The notes below the pieces were generated by a model. It was not told the origin of the DNA. It did not search any database and was given only the letters and a program-made list of their open reading frames with translations. 64,000 nt of DNA from Camelus ferus (Eukaryota): positions 41,914,001-41,978,000 of the forward strand of contig NC_045697.1 in NCBI RefSeq assembly GCF_009834535.1, read 5' to 3'. Numbering within the stretch: the stretch's first letter is position 1; every line of letters begins with the position of its first letter. Below are positions 37,678 through 49,664 of the stretch, in pieces. The position numbers were made by a program, and so were the translations under genes.

Positions 37678-38242
37678 TGAGGTGGGAAGCCCCATAAAAA
37701 GACCGGCAGGACCCCTAGGCAGGGCTGCTGCTCTCCTCCCAGCACCATCCGGTTCCCTGGCCAGGGAGCTCTATCTCACTTTCTGCCTCTAAAGTGGCTA
37801 ACTTACACCTAAAATTCTATTGGTTCCCTGAGCTCATTTTTGATTGGTTATTTCCTTCACCCCTGATTGGGTATTACTCTCACTTCTGATTGGTCCACTT
37901 CCCTAACTTCTGATTGGTCCATTTGTAGCACTTCATTTGCATGGAGCTCACTCCTGATTGGTTATTTCTCTCACTCCTGATTGGTCTGTTTCTACAAAGC
38001 TTATTCCTGGTTGGTCAACTTCTGTTATACTTTATTTGCATATGATGTTGCAAAGGATAAAATTGGCAGCCTATAAAAGGCCTGTGTAAACCTACAGACA
38101 GGGTCCAGAGCTTGGAGTGTTGAGTCCTCTGGGCCTGCTGATGTAGTAAACCTGAGTTCTCCAACTCTCGGAGTGCTGCTTGGTCTCTTGCCTGGATCCA
38201 GGTTGCTGTCACAACTGAGCTGTAACACATTTTTCCGCAACA
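37678..38242 (+). mobile_element. Solo ERV1-type LTR, 565 bp, with 4-bp TSD
   Basis: TG...CA termini, with GACA duplicated at 37674-37677 and 38243-38246. Contains a CCAAT array, TATAAAA at 38072-38078 and an AGTAAA poly(A)-signal variant near 38145. Confidence 0.88.
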
Positions 38243-38391
38243 GACATACAGTATGGTTTGCATTTCTGCTTATTTCCTTAAGGAGTATAGCATAGGGCTC
38301 AAGCAGTAAAAAGTAAACATGAGGAAAAGTTTGCCACATAAAAAGAGAAGCCTCTGGAAGAACAGTGATGTCTCATCTCCGTTTTTCACTC

Positions 38392-38774
38392 TGTAATCGG
38401 CTGAGCCACGTTCTTCTGAAATACGTATGTTGAAGTCCTAACCTCTAACACCTCAGAATCTGACCCTACTTGGAAACAGAGTTTTAAAGAGGTATTTAAG
38501 TTCAAATGAGGCCATCAGGGTAGGTCCTAATCCTATATTACTTGTGTCTTTATAGAAAGAAAACTTAGGACACACACAGAGGGAAGACCATGTGAAGACG
38601 CAGGGAGAAGGCAGTCAACTGCAAGGTAAGGAGAGAGCTCTCAGAAGAAACCGACATTGCTGGCACCTTGATCTCGGACTCCTGGCCTCCAGACCATGAG
38701 AAAATAAACGTCTGTTGTTTGAGCCCTCCAGTCTGTGGCAATTTGTAATGGCAGCTCTAGCAGACTGCTAATCA
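38392..38774 (+). mobile_element. MaLR solo LTR (MLT1A/MLT1B-like)
   Basis: tatgttgaagtcctaacc...aaatgaggccatcagggtaggtcctaatcc...gctggcaccttgatctcggactcctggcctccaga..tgagaaaataaacgtctgttgtttgagcc. Confidence 0.92.
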
Positions 38775-41342
38775 CTCTTTCTACTCACCCCTATTTTTTG
38801 TTATGGACACACAAAAGTTTAGTTTAAAAATACCACTGGGTCAAGTAAGAGTTCATGGGAAAACCTTCCGTACGGGACCAGCAGATCCCTAAACCAACAT
38901 CACTTCATGATAACAATCCTCTAAAGTTGGTGAGGCCTATTAGACCCAGAGCCGACTGGTGCAATTTGAATATAATAAGTTTGAATTTTGGTTTATTACT
39001 CTGATGTTTGAAATATAAGCATTTGATTAGCATTGAGCTGTGTATTTTCACCAAATTAACTGATTGCCTTTGTGAGGGCAGCCTGGTGTCTGAATCCTGC
39101 CAAGTTTCCTAAGGATCAAGGCCCCTCCAAGATGGCCCCACAGAAGGAACAGCCAAATGGCCACCTCTGCAGGACAGTGAAGATCAGCAGGACACACAGG
39201 AATCACACTGTGTGTCCTTGGGACATCCCCTCTTCTTACCCTATTAGTACCCTTTTCTGGTTTCAGAACTTTCTCCATGCTGTTAATAATATATATTATT
39301 GGGTTACAGATGGTCCTTGAGGTTTCACTTCTTGAAACATTCAGGACCACTTCAGCTCAGTTTTATATTAAAAATGAAAAGGAAAAAAAAAGAAAAATGA
39401 AAAAGGCTTTCCTGGTTCCCTGAGAGTCGGCACAGGACTTAGTGATCTGCCAGCTTCCTTGCTGCAAGCTTATTTCCCAGCCCTAATTATCAGCAGCTGT
39501 TCTGCAGCGGCCTCATTCTCCTTCTTCTGCTATATTGTGTTTCCTATAAAGTATGATTTCTCTTTCTCATTCCCATATCATTTCTAACCTACAGTGGTTC
39601 TCCCCATTGGCCATTGCCTCATTCAAACACACTCCTTCCCTGGCTCAGATACAGCTCAAAGAAGCCCTAAGCACAGAAAAAGACCTGCCTGGAGAAACTC
39701 TCTTTTCCTCAGAACAGCTACCAACATTTGTTTAGCACTGTACTGTTTTCTGAGCTTGGTTGGATTGCAAAGCCATTTTCAATTATTGGATAAAAAAGAC
39801 AGGTGAGCACAAACAGCCCGAGAGTGCATAATTAAAACCATGCCACAGAAAACACTGAGGAGGGAGGGATCACATTCATGCCAGCAGAAAACTTGTTAAC
39901 AAACAGCTTCTGTCGTCGAAGTACTAAAAGACACTATTGGTCTTTGTGGTCATGAAAGACTGAAGGATGAGGCAAAGCAAACTGCTTTTTAAAGAGTGCA
40001 GTGTCTGTGAAGTTAATAAATCTCCAGCCTCCAGTCTCCTGAGACATTGAGACAAAGAGCTACGATCAAATTAAATAATTCAGAGCTCCAAGGCTCTTTC
40101 CATTTTGGCTAATCCAATGCCATCATTCCCTAGAAGATAAAAACGGAGGTCTAGTTTATTCATTGATTCAATAAATGTGCACCGAGCACAGACTACGTGA
40201 CAGTCACTCTGCTAGGTGCTAGCGATGGAAGTATCAATTCTGTTCTCAAGAGTATCAAATCTGACGGAGAAGGAAGAGAATACAGACAACACAAGAGATG
40301 TGAGTCTTGAGAAGAGAGGAAGGAAATGCTGAACACACTAACTTTTAAACCTGTAGCCTCATTTCTTCATTTGTCATCCTTATTTTTCTCAACTCTTGGA
40401 TACTTGAACTCCATGGGATCTAGAGAATAAACCTATCCATATTCTTACTGGTGGAAGGAGGCTGTCGCATGCGGTGGTTTTGTGGGTTCAGATGAGTGTG
40501 AAGCCTGATTTTAGCATTTATCGGGAATGGGAATTTGCACCACTGTTGACCAGTGAGGAGAACGGCACGTAACACAAGTGTATTCATATTGCATGAACTG
40601 TTGTATATAAAGTCTGGCATACATTAATACAGGGCCTGACACACATTTAGTATCTCTAAAAAATTACGAGTTTTTTTTATACTGAAGTTAAAGGAAGACT
40701 GGTGGGTTAGGAGTGGATGTTGATAAATAAGTGGTGGGGGGAATAAACTACTCCTCTGAGAAAGTAAGTTAGTGAGCTTTACCAGTAAACAAAGTATTGC
40801 TATTTGATGTGAGAGACAGAGCTTTAAGATGCTAATGTATATCATGAAAAGGAATTTCGGAGAAACTTCAGGCTTATTTGATCTTGCAAGGGATGCTTCC
40901 ATCTCAGAATATTCATGAATATCTTCTTGAGCTCATATGGGCTGAACAAAGCGCGGGAAATGTTTTTCATGCTAGGCACACCTGATCTCCTATTAATGGT
41001 ATTCATTTCCGTAAAAGTCACATCACACACTCCAGCTCTGGTCAGCATCTAGGGTTCTAAATGAGCTAAGGTAGAATTTAGAGAAAATTTCAGTGTGGTC
41101 ACTAAACATTTTTGGATTCATCATGATTGGGGGGAAAAGTATTATTTAGAGATAGAGCTTCTAAATAAAAATGTTGGCAAACAGCTCCTGAATCATGGTT
41201 CTGAGGTCGTGGGTAATGCCACGGCCTGGGGAGACAGGCTGTCTCAGAGTTCTAATTCTGGCTCTGGTGGCACCAGGGAGGATTAGTGATTTATAATAGT
41301 ATCTTCTCCTCCTTTTCATAGGTTTGCTTTTTTTATCTAGAA

Positions 41343-41630
41343 CAAGGGTTGCAAGCTATGTCCCATGGGCCAAATCCAGCTCACTGTCTATTTTTTACAT
41401 TTTTAAGTGATTGGAAAAAAAATCAAAAGAGGAACAATATTTCTTGATATTTGAAAATTATATGAAATCCAGATTTTGGTGTCCATTAATAAAGCTTTAT
41501 TGGAACACAGCCATAACGTTTGTTTATGCTACAATCGCAGAGTCGAACAGTTGCAACAGAGATGGTATGACCTGCAAAGCCTAAAATACTAACTCTCTGG
41601 TTCTTTCTGGAAAATATTTTCTGACCCCTG
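41343..41630 (-). mobile_element. MER58B-like hAT-Charlie MITE with 8-bp TSD
   Basis: Termini are caagggttgcaa / ctgacccctg. TSD is atctagaa (41335-41342) / atctagca (41631-41638). Internal aataaagctttattggaacacagcca. Confidence 0.9.
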
Positions 41631-44184
41631 ATCTAGCATATAGGATGAATGATAGAGCTGAATGTGAATGATGAACACGCCTACCAGTACTGTAAGGGAA
41701 CCCTCCTTGTACGGACACTTCTCCTAAGTGGGATCTTATGATCGGTTTAAAAATGCTCCGGATGTCTTTTGGTTGACATGTAGTAGCCAGAATTTCAAGA
41801 GAGTACAACTTTTTTAAATGCTCTTTGTACCATTTTAATAGCCTCTTTTAAATGTATATTTTAAGGCATTTTAAGTAGGAAAGGAATTTTGAAGCAAACA
41901 ACTCAAATACTTTCTTTCTATAAAAGAATACATAGCAGCTAAAACATGCTGATTTTCAATGCATTTGTTTAAGTCATGTTCACAACTACTTGTGTATATA
42001 GTATTATGTTTTCATACCATAAACAATTCCTACTCACATTCTCTAAATGATTTGCACACATTAACTAAGCAAAGAAAAAAAAATACAAGCTTCAGGGCTG
42101 CCTACAGACTTAGGCAGACAAAAAAAGGGATTGTCCTAGTTGCCTTTGGGTAACAAATATAATTACATGGAGTTTAAGTTACAGTACTAACACAAAAGGG
42201 AAAAAAATTAAGATAAAGAGAGTGTTGTAAAACTAAATGCCTTGGCAGCATATTTAACTAGTGATCAAGAAAAAGACCAACTTATATGCTAAAACATATT
42301 AAAAGATCCCCACATTTTCATAAAAAGTAGTTACCAAATATTGGTTTACATGTTCAAATGACGGCAAATTAACTTACCCAATGACATTATTTGATCATCC
42401 TAGAAGGGGTGCAAATACAGACATGGATGATAAACTTTCTGCAAATGTCACATAATTATCTCAAAAACTCAAAAATTGGCTACGCTTTTTTCTTCTCAGA
42501 GACATCCATGAATGTCTCTCAGAACTATCTGTTTCTCAGATGGGTTGTTAGATAGCACAGCTGCACTGACCAGCTGAGTAGGTTCAAGTTTTGGTAAATT
42601 AAAAATGTTACAGCCTCCAGAGCCATGAAGTGTTTTATCCAAAAAGCTCTTTTGTAAATATACAAAATAGGTCTCAGAATTACACAATCACAGAACCAGG
42701 AAAAAAAAAAAAACCCACAACTGAATCAGAGAGGTAAAACATAACAGTTTTACCAGTACATAAATAATTAGAAAAAATTGTCATGTTTATGCACGTATGT
42801 ATGTAGATGAAATAGATGACATACAGGAACATAGAGATAACTAGCTAAATACAGAGATGGAGATAGGAAGATAGGTAGACACTAGTGATGGTCCCTAAAT
42901 CTGAACTACAGTTCTGAAGCTGCAATGCACAACTGGGTTTCAGGGAATCTCTGAAGCCCCTAAAAGTGTCTGCAATTTTGGTAGGTATATGCATTTGGGG
43001 GGAGGGGGGCAAAAAGATCAATAATGCACGTGTTGGATTCTCTAGGCACCCATGTTTTCTAACTTTTCAAGTAGCTCTTGAAAACCCTTCTAGAAAATAA
43101 TTGGAATGGAAACATTTTTTATTAAAATTTATAGAAGTAATATGTAATTGTCTGAGGATATTATTAACCATTAGTCTATTCCTGGCTAACGGTGAGATAA
43201 ACGACACCACCTCCTTTTTTTTGAAGGGTTTTATTTCATTTCCAGGAAGATGAAAATCACTTTAAATTACCCTTAAAATTTTCTCTTTTTTTTATTCCCA
43301 TATCTGTCATCCCCTTTTTCTTGTGCTCATCTCTTCTTTCCTTTTTCTGGGGGAAGGAAGAGGATAAGAAAACCTCCAAGTTTATTATTGATTTTGGTCA
43401 CTGGGCCGAGATGGGACTTTGAGAGTCTGGGGTGTTTGTAATTGCCCTTGAAACACACAAGCTCTCTGCTTGGATAATGCTTGTTCAGGTCAGTGGACTG
43501 ACTCCCAGAAAGGAATAGTATTGGTGTGCTTGTTGGTGGTCAGCCAGTGAGTGATAACTTAGCCAATTGTGGAGGGTGTCTGTGAAGAAGTGAGCACAGT
43601 TTCAGCAGTGTGAGTTCCTCCAGGAAGAGAACTGAACCCTGGCACGTAATAGTTATCTGTAGGAAGAAGTGACAGGTCCAGATTCTTCCTTCGGCATCGC
43701 TATTTACGCAGAAGCAGAAAGCAGACAAGGGTGGTTTTCTCCCTGCTTTTTCATCACGGTGTAGTTGTGCCTTAGAACACACATTCAGGAGAACTCAAAA
43801 TGAGCATCTTTACCCAGTGCCTATTGTTTATGATAGATTTAAACATGTAAGTAGTTGAATGTCAATGAAAATGCCTATTCTCACCTCAAGTGCCCAAACT
43901 CTCATTCTTAATGGATGAGCTAAGAAGAGATACAAGTCAATCCATTTCAATGGCTACTTATAAAAATAGTTCACATGTTCATGTTTCAGAAACTAGGTTC
44001 CAGCCTCTAATACTGTTATCTCATATTTTAAGCCAGAATATATATATACATATGTAAATAAAGTTTAATATATGTATACATATATATATTTAAGTTTATT
44101 TTGATTTCCTGAAACTTTAATTTGAAAAGGTAAGCCAGTGTAAATAATATATATATATTATAAATATATATAGACACATACATT

Positions 44185-44345
44185 CACTAGCTAGTGCTAG
44201 CTGTTTGACCTTGATCAATTTCTTCTCTGTGCCTCAGTTTCCTTATCTGAAAATGGAAATAACAACATAGGTGAGGATGAAATAATAAGGAAAGGATTAA
44301 ATTAAGTGATACATTCAAAGATCCTGGGACATTGTCTGGGATACA
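44185..44345 (+). mobile_element. MIR SINE
   Basis: ctagctgtttgaccttg...ctctgtgcctcagtttccttatctgaaaatgg. Confidence 0.85.
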
Positions 44346-44372
44346 GAAAGCTAGCTACAGCTTTGTAGATAC

Positions 44373-44783
44373 TGTAATGGGTATTTTGATGCTCTGTCTA
44401 GATCCCAGAGGCTGGTGTATGGGCAGCTGATGGCTCACAGAGGCCCTGTGGAACCTGTTCTCCATGGCAACATGGAGCTGCTTCACATGAGTTCATTTGT
44501 CTCTGACCGTCCCCCCAGTCAATGACTAGATTCGCTGATGCCAGGAAACAGAGACCTGCTCCCTCAGGTTAGAACACCTCTAAGAAGCAGCCCAGCTCCA
44601 GAGCTCCTGGGCGTCTCAGCTGAGACCTTAGCTGTAACTGGTCACGAGCTAGCTTCTCCTTCTGCCTGAGGCTGCCTTCCCCACCTCCTTAGAGATGAGG
44701 TATCTCCAGAGAGCACTCTCCAGTAACACTCGAACGTAACTTTCCATCACAGCGTGTAACACTGGAATCCAATCTAACATTAC
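44373..44783 (+). mobile_element. ERVL solo LTR (LTR16-like)
   Basis: Starts tgtaatgggtattttgatgctctgtctagatccc. Internal cagctgatggctcacag, cagtcaatgact, cccagctccagagctcc, ccagagagcactctccagtaa. Confidence 0.75.
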
Positions 44784-47700
44784 AAATAGATATAAAAGTT
44801 GGCTTTTCATTATCCTGAAATTGCCATTAAGGCCTAAATCTGAAGAAAAAAGTGCTACAAACTCACATTCTATGTTGAAAACCAAAAAACTAAAAAACAA
44901 AAAAAACGATGGAGGCTGTGCCTGGCCACTTCCCTGTAGGGCTTGTGGAGAAAATGTGCTTCAGAGAAGGAACCCAAATGCCATCTCCCTGCCCCTAACT
45001 ATTATAAGAGGAAGCCTAGAAAAGAGGAGGTGTCATTTGAATATAACAGTTTTCATGATAAACACTATTTTTTGAGGGGAAAGAAAAGAATGTCTCTCAA
45101 CCATCAGAACAAGTCAGGGAAGCACAAGGGAGCCTCTCATCCGTTTTGAAGTGGGCTAGAACTGTCACCCAGCCCTTCTCCAAAATGAAGACTCACATGA
45201 ATTGTGGAGCCACTGAAGCTGCCGGTCTGAAGCTCATACTTCATGGAGAAAGGGGCACGACGGCCAAGCTGAGGGGCAGGGACAGTGAAGCAGCCTGCAT
45301 TACCCTTCCTTGACCGGCAGGGCACATGAGTTTCCGGGTAGGTGAATAAGCACAAAGAAAGCAGCTGGTCTTTGAGCCGTTTTGATGGTGTCCCATCTAC
45401 CAGGACCGTGCCCAGGGAGGGAGATCCTACCGTGTGAAGTGCATTTCCAATTCCAGGACATTAAAAAAATCTCCAGCTGTGCCCTGTGAGAGAGTCAGCA
45501 CATGGAGAGGAATGTGATAACCAGCGTTAAGGGGCTTCACCCCAGCAGCAGCTGCTCTGTAGGGAGATCCCCACCTTCTTCCATCTTTCTCTTGGCATCA
45601 ATAGCACAGAGGAAAGCAGAGAAGTAGGAAAGAGGAAGTGAGGCGTTTTCCTCCACTTTAGCCACTAGAGCCACAAAGAAGTCTTTGATGCACCAGTGGG
45701 GGAGGTGGAAAGATCCTACACAGCAGGAAATAAGTGTTCCACATAGCCAGGTCGGGAGTAGTTACTGCCAACAATAAACCCATTTCATATGGTTGAGTTT
45801 CCTTCATAAACCTGGTAAACATATACACTTCAGTAAGCACTCCTCGGCACCTTGCGTTATACTGACCTAGGTGGTAGGGATAATAGTAATGAAAGGAAAG
45901 ATGTGGTTCCTAACTATATAAAGTACATGCTCCCTTGTCTCTTTTGCCTGTCTCTGTCTCCAAAGCACTACTTCTTTTTCTCCCTCTGGCATACTATTCT
46001 TCTAAAAAAAAGCTAAGACATCACCATTCCATGAATTACTCTATGTTTTTTAACATCACAAGGGAAACATGCACAGAACACATTTTGAGAAGCAAAGAAA
46101 CCAACTGCATTTTCTTTCTTCAAGCACTATACATGAAAGGTCTGCCAACATTCCTTTCTCAACCACATTTCCCAAAAGCTTAGCACTTGGCCATAAAAGT
46201 TCACTCCAGTCTAAAATTTGGCATGTCTGACAGCAAAGTGTTCAAATTTGCCAATTTGGCTATCTTCTTTTTAAATAACAAGCAGATAAATAGGAAAAAA
46301 ACGAATGAAATGCTATAAACTATGACATTATTCAGAGAGACAATTCATTTCATGGGATAGTGGTCTATAAGAAATTAACCCTAAATTATGGTATTGTGTT
46401 TTTTTTTCAGATAGATTTTTACAAAAGCCTAAAACTTGCATAGAACTGTAATACACAAACAAATGCAATTAAGTAATATACAAAGACTTGAAACTTTCAA
46501 TTCTATTGAAAAGAATCTTGGTTTTTCTTTCAAATTTACAAGATTATTACTTAATTTCATAGAACATTTCAGACTAAAGTGAAATAAAAAATGAGACAAA
46601 GCCAAAACTCCAACCTCAATAGCATATATGGATAAATTTCAAAAGTATATAGGTGCTAAAGATATATATATATAAATATATGTATAAATATATATACATA
46701 CATAAATCTACACACACACTCATATACAAATATGCATGTATATATGGCGCTAGAATATTTGGCAGAGAACTTTCTGAAGGCATTTGCCATTTTTGCTGGA
46801 AATCATTATAGGAAGGTAAAATTAAAGGATTTAATCTTATTCATTGATATATCCTGAGTAGTTGAGTTGAGGTATTTGTCCATAAATATACTATCATGTT
46901 GGATATGTAAGTATCATTTGCAGGATGGTTTTCAGAAGTGGTGTTAGAGAGAATTCTAGAGAAAGCCAATGTGGAATAGGTATGTGTTATGAGAATCTGC
47001 TGCCTGGCAGGCCTGCAGAAGGTTCTATACAAGGCATTGACCACATCTCTCCAATCCTTTCTGACTCCTACACTTTCTGACAAATGAATACACTCTTGCG
47101 ACTTTTCAGATTCCCCATGTCAAACTATCACACGATTGGAATAATTAGAAAATATTATCTTGTAATTCTCATTTGCAAAGATAAATCAAGTGTCACGCTA
47201 GCCCTAAGTAATCCTGATTCTGCAAAAATTGGTTCAAATTATGTGATACTGATCCTCACATTCTCATACAAATACAGAAGCATTTGCCTGCAAATTCCAT
47301 TCCATCCTAATGTTAGGGACACACCAGTAAAGCCCCAGCGACCAAGATTAATGGCACAAACACTGGATTCTTAAGGCAGCCAGAGTGTTTTTCCAACTCT
47401 CTCTTTAAAGAAGCATTTGGCATTGTTCTCTTGTCACTCTATAAAATGACTCAGGATTATAAAACCTAATTTAGAAGCTACTACATATTGTGTTAATGAT
47501 TCTGGAAGCATCTTTTCCAATGAGCTATGGGTATAGTATGTTTATTTCCCTAATTAATGCAGCCAACCTAATTTCCTTGAGAAAAAAAATTATTTGAAAG
47601 GACAGCCTTCAGATTCCACATCCCACAGTCTTAAACTCCTTAAGCTTTGCTCATCAAAAGCCATCATGTCATATGCACTGCATGTGAAATGCATACCCTA

Positions 47701-49136
47701 GAACAGCAACCTTGGAGGGGAAGTTTTGTGACTTTGTGGGCTTGAAGATACAGCTCTTTCTAGAACAGCCTTGACAATATTCATATATATGTATGTATTA
47801 GAACATTTTCACCAAAATGTGAAATCTCGACACATTTAGTAGATTGCATGGGGAAGTAGACCTTTAGTATTATCGAAGATAAAGAATCAAACCTGTCAGT
47901 GTAATACCATGCTCATTTCAAAGCTGACAGGCCTAATGTTTGAGAATAAATAGTGAAAGAAATTTCCTCTACTGGTACTTCAAAGACTTTGCAACATCTG
48001 GACTTTGGTTCCATACAAGGTATTCCACTAAGAAGCAAGTATAAAAAGATTTTAATAGGGCAAGCAAGGTTCAGGTTTCTTACAATATGTTCTCCCTGGG
48101 GGGAATCAAATCACACAATGCATCTGACTAACCTTTCTGCACTTCAGCTGCATTAATTAACATTTAGTCATGGATTCCATTGTGAGCCAGATGAACTCAG
48201 AGCTACAGCTGTTTTCATTGAGAGGGAGAAATGCTTTCACATTCCAGATTCCCAACATTTATAAATCTGGGAAAATGTTTTATTGACTGCCTTTGCACCA
48301 GCATTATGGATATGCATTACATATTAATCACCCAGAGAAATTCACACACCCTAGACTGTGATTAAATCAATGTTAGTATCACATAAACTGGGTCAGCCAG
48401 AGCCAAAGCTATAAAAACCACATTCCTAACTCCCTTTTTTTTACACCAAGTGTTCAAGAAGGGCTAAAGAACCGAATAAAGAAGTACATCACAGCTTTGA
48501 AGAAAGTGTTGCTGGGTGAGTCAAAGATTTAAGTGGAGATCACGTACTTTGAGAGGGGTGGATACAGTGTACCTAAAAAAAATGAACAGACATTGAAGAA
48601 CTGTAACTGTAGGATCTGACGACTTGGCAGAGGCAGCTTCAATGCCACAAGCCAAACATGTGGAAGTGGTTGGTTGTGAGCAAAGTTGAGGTCCAGAGCT
48701 GCAATACTTGATCAGTCATCGAAGGAGGATTTTTGTTTCATTTGTATAACTAGAGCTCCTTTAAGATGAGTTTTGTGAGGAAATATGTCAGTGAGTCAGC
48801 CACGCAAGACATTCCACCTGGCCAAATTTCACACCACAAAAGCGCTGTGAAATCACCTTTTATATCTCCAATACAATTGCTGTGTCATGACTGCTGGTCA
48901 GCTCTGGAGTCTCATGGACAAATGGATATCCTGTAGTCATGTGCACATGTGTTTTTTTTGTACAGGTGCACAAAGCTGGAATCCTTACCTATGTAAATAC
49001 TAACCAAATTTAACACTTACCTCCTCAAATTCATGTTTGCAGCCACAACTCAAGAGGAATAAAGGCTGTCTGACCTGTCTTCACCTTTACCCACATGGAA
49101 TGGCAATAATTGAATCAAACCAGGAAAATATCTTAC

Positions 49137-49224
49137 CTGGAACTACTTCAAAAAGGAACTTCCCGGGGCTCTCTTCATTGCAGGGGTGCTCAAGAACTTT
49201 ATTTCCAGGAAGAAAAATAGTACC
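49137..49224 (-). CDS. ARHGAP24: Internal coding exon (88 nt, phase 0 to phase 1) of Rho GTPase-activating protein 24 (FilGAP), PH domain; equivalent to human exon 3
   Basis: Minus strand reads tttgtcttcacag|GGTACTATTTTTCTTCCTGGAAATAAAGTTCTTGAGCACCCCTGCAATGAAGAGAGCCCCGGGAAGTTCCTTTTTGAAGTAGTTCCAG|gtaaga, which translates to GTIFLPGNKVLEHPCNEESPGKFLFEVVP+G. This matches the ARHGAP24 PH-domain peptide as I recall it (human GTIFLPGNKVSEHPCNEENPGKFLFEVVPG). Splice sites are canonical AG/GT. The exon is too short to appear in the ORF track in this frame. Confidence 0.95.
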
Positions 49225-49479
49225 CTGTGAAGACAAATGCCCCAGACATTAACATCATGAGATGGCAAATACTGAATATTATCATCATCATTATCAACAG
49301 TGAACATACAAGATACATCTGTAACGCAGTACATGGGAACATGCATCACATCATTTATAGCCCCATCTAATCAAAAATCATGTAACAGCATCATATTCAT
49401 TCAACATTTAACAAATATTTATTGAGGACCCAATATGTATAAAACACTGTTAAATGCCTAGTTAAGTTTAGGATCCAAT

Positions 49480-49640
49480 TTATTAAACAGATTCTGTGTG
49501 CCAAAATTTTTACTGAGCATTCAACCAACATCATATTATGTAATTGTTAGAATAATCTTATAAGGTAGGGTATTATTCTCCCCATTTTATAGCTGTGAAA
49601 ACTAAGGCAGAGACAGTCAATAACTTAGTCAATGCTGCCA
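49480..49640 (-). mobile_element. MIR SINE
   Basis: aggtagggtattattctccccattttatagctgtgaaaactaaggcagaga. Confidence 0.8.
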
Positions 49641-49664
49641 TGCAAGGGATAATCAATAAGCATC

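Larger units (their letters stand above)
1..49136 (-). other. ARHGAP24: ARHGAP24 intron downstream of the PH-domain exon (continues beyond window start)
   Basis: Begins with GTAAGA on the minus strand at 49136. I did not find the next expected exon (GDRDRMTANHESYLLMAST...) in the window, consistent with this intron being very large. Confidence 0.85.

Noticed and set aside
37815..38015. Regularly spaced ctgattggt units resembling a CRISPR or iteron array
   Set aside because: Units are only ~9 bp and lie inside a TG..CA LTR with a TSD. They are CCAAT boxes in mammalian DNA, with no cas genes nearby.
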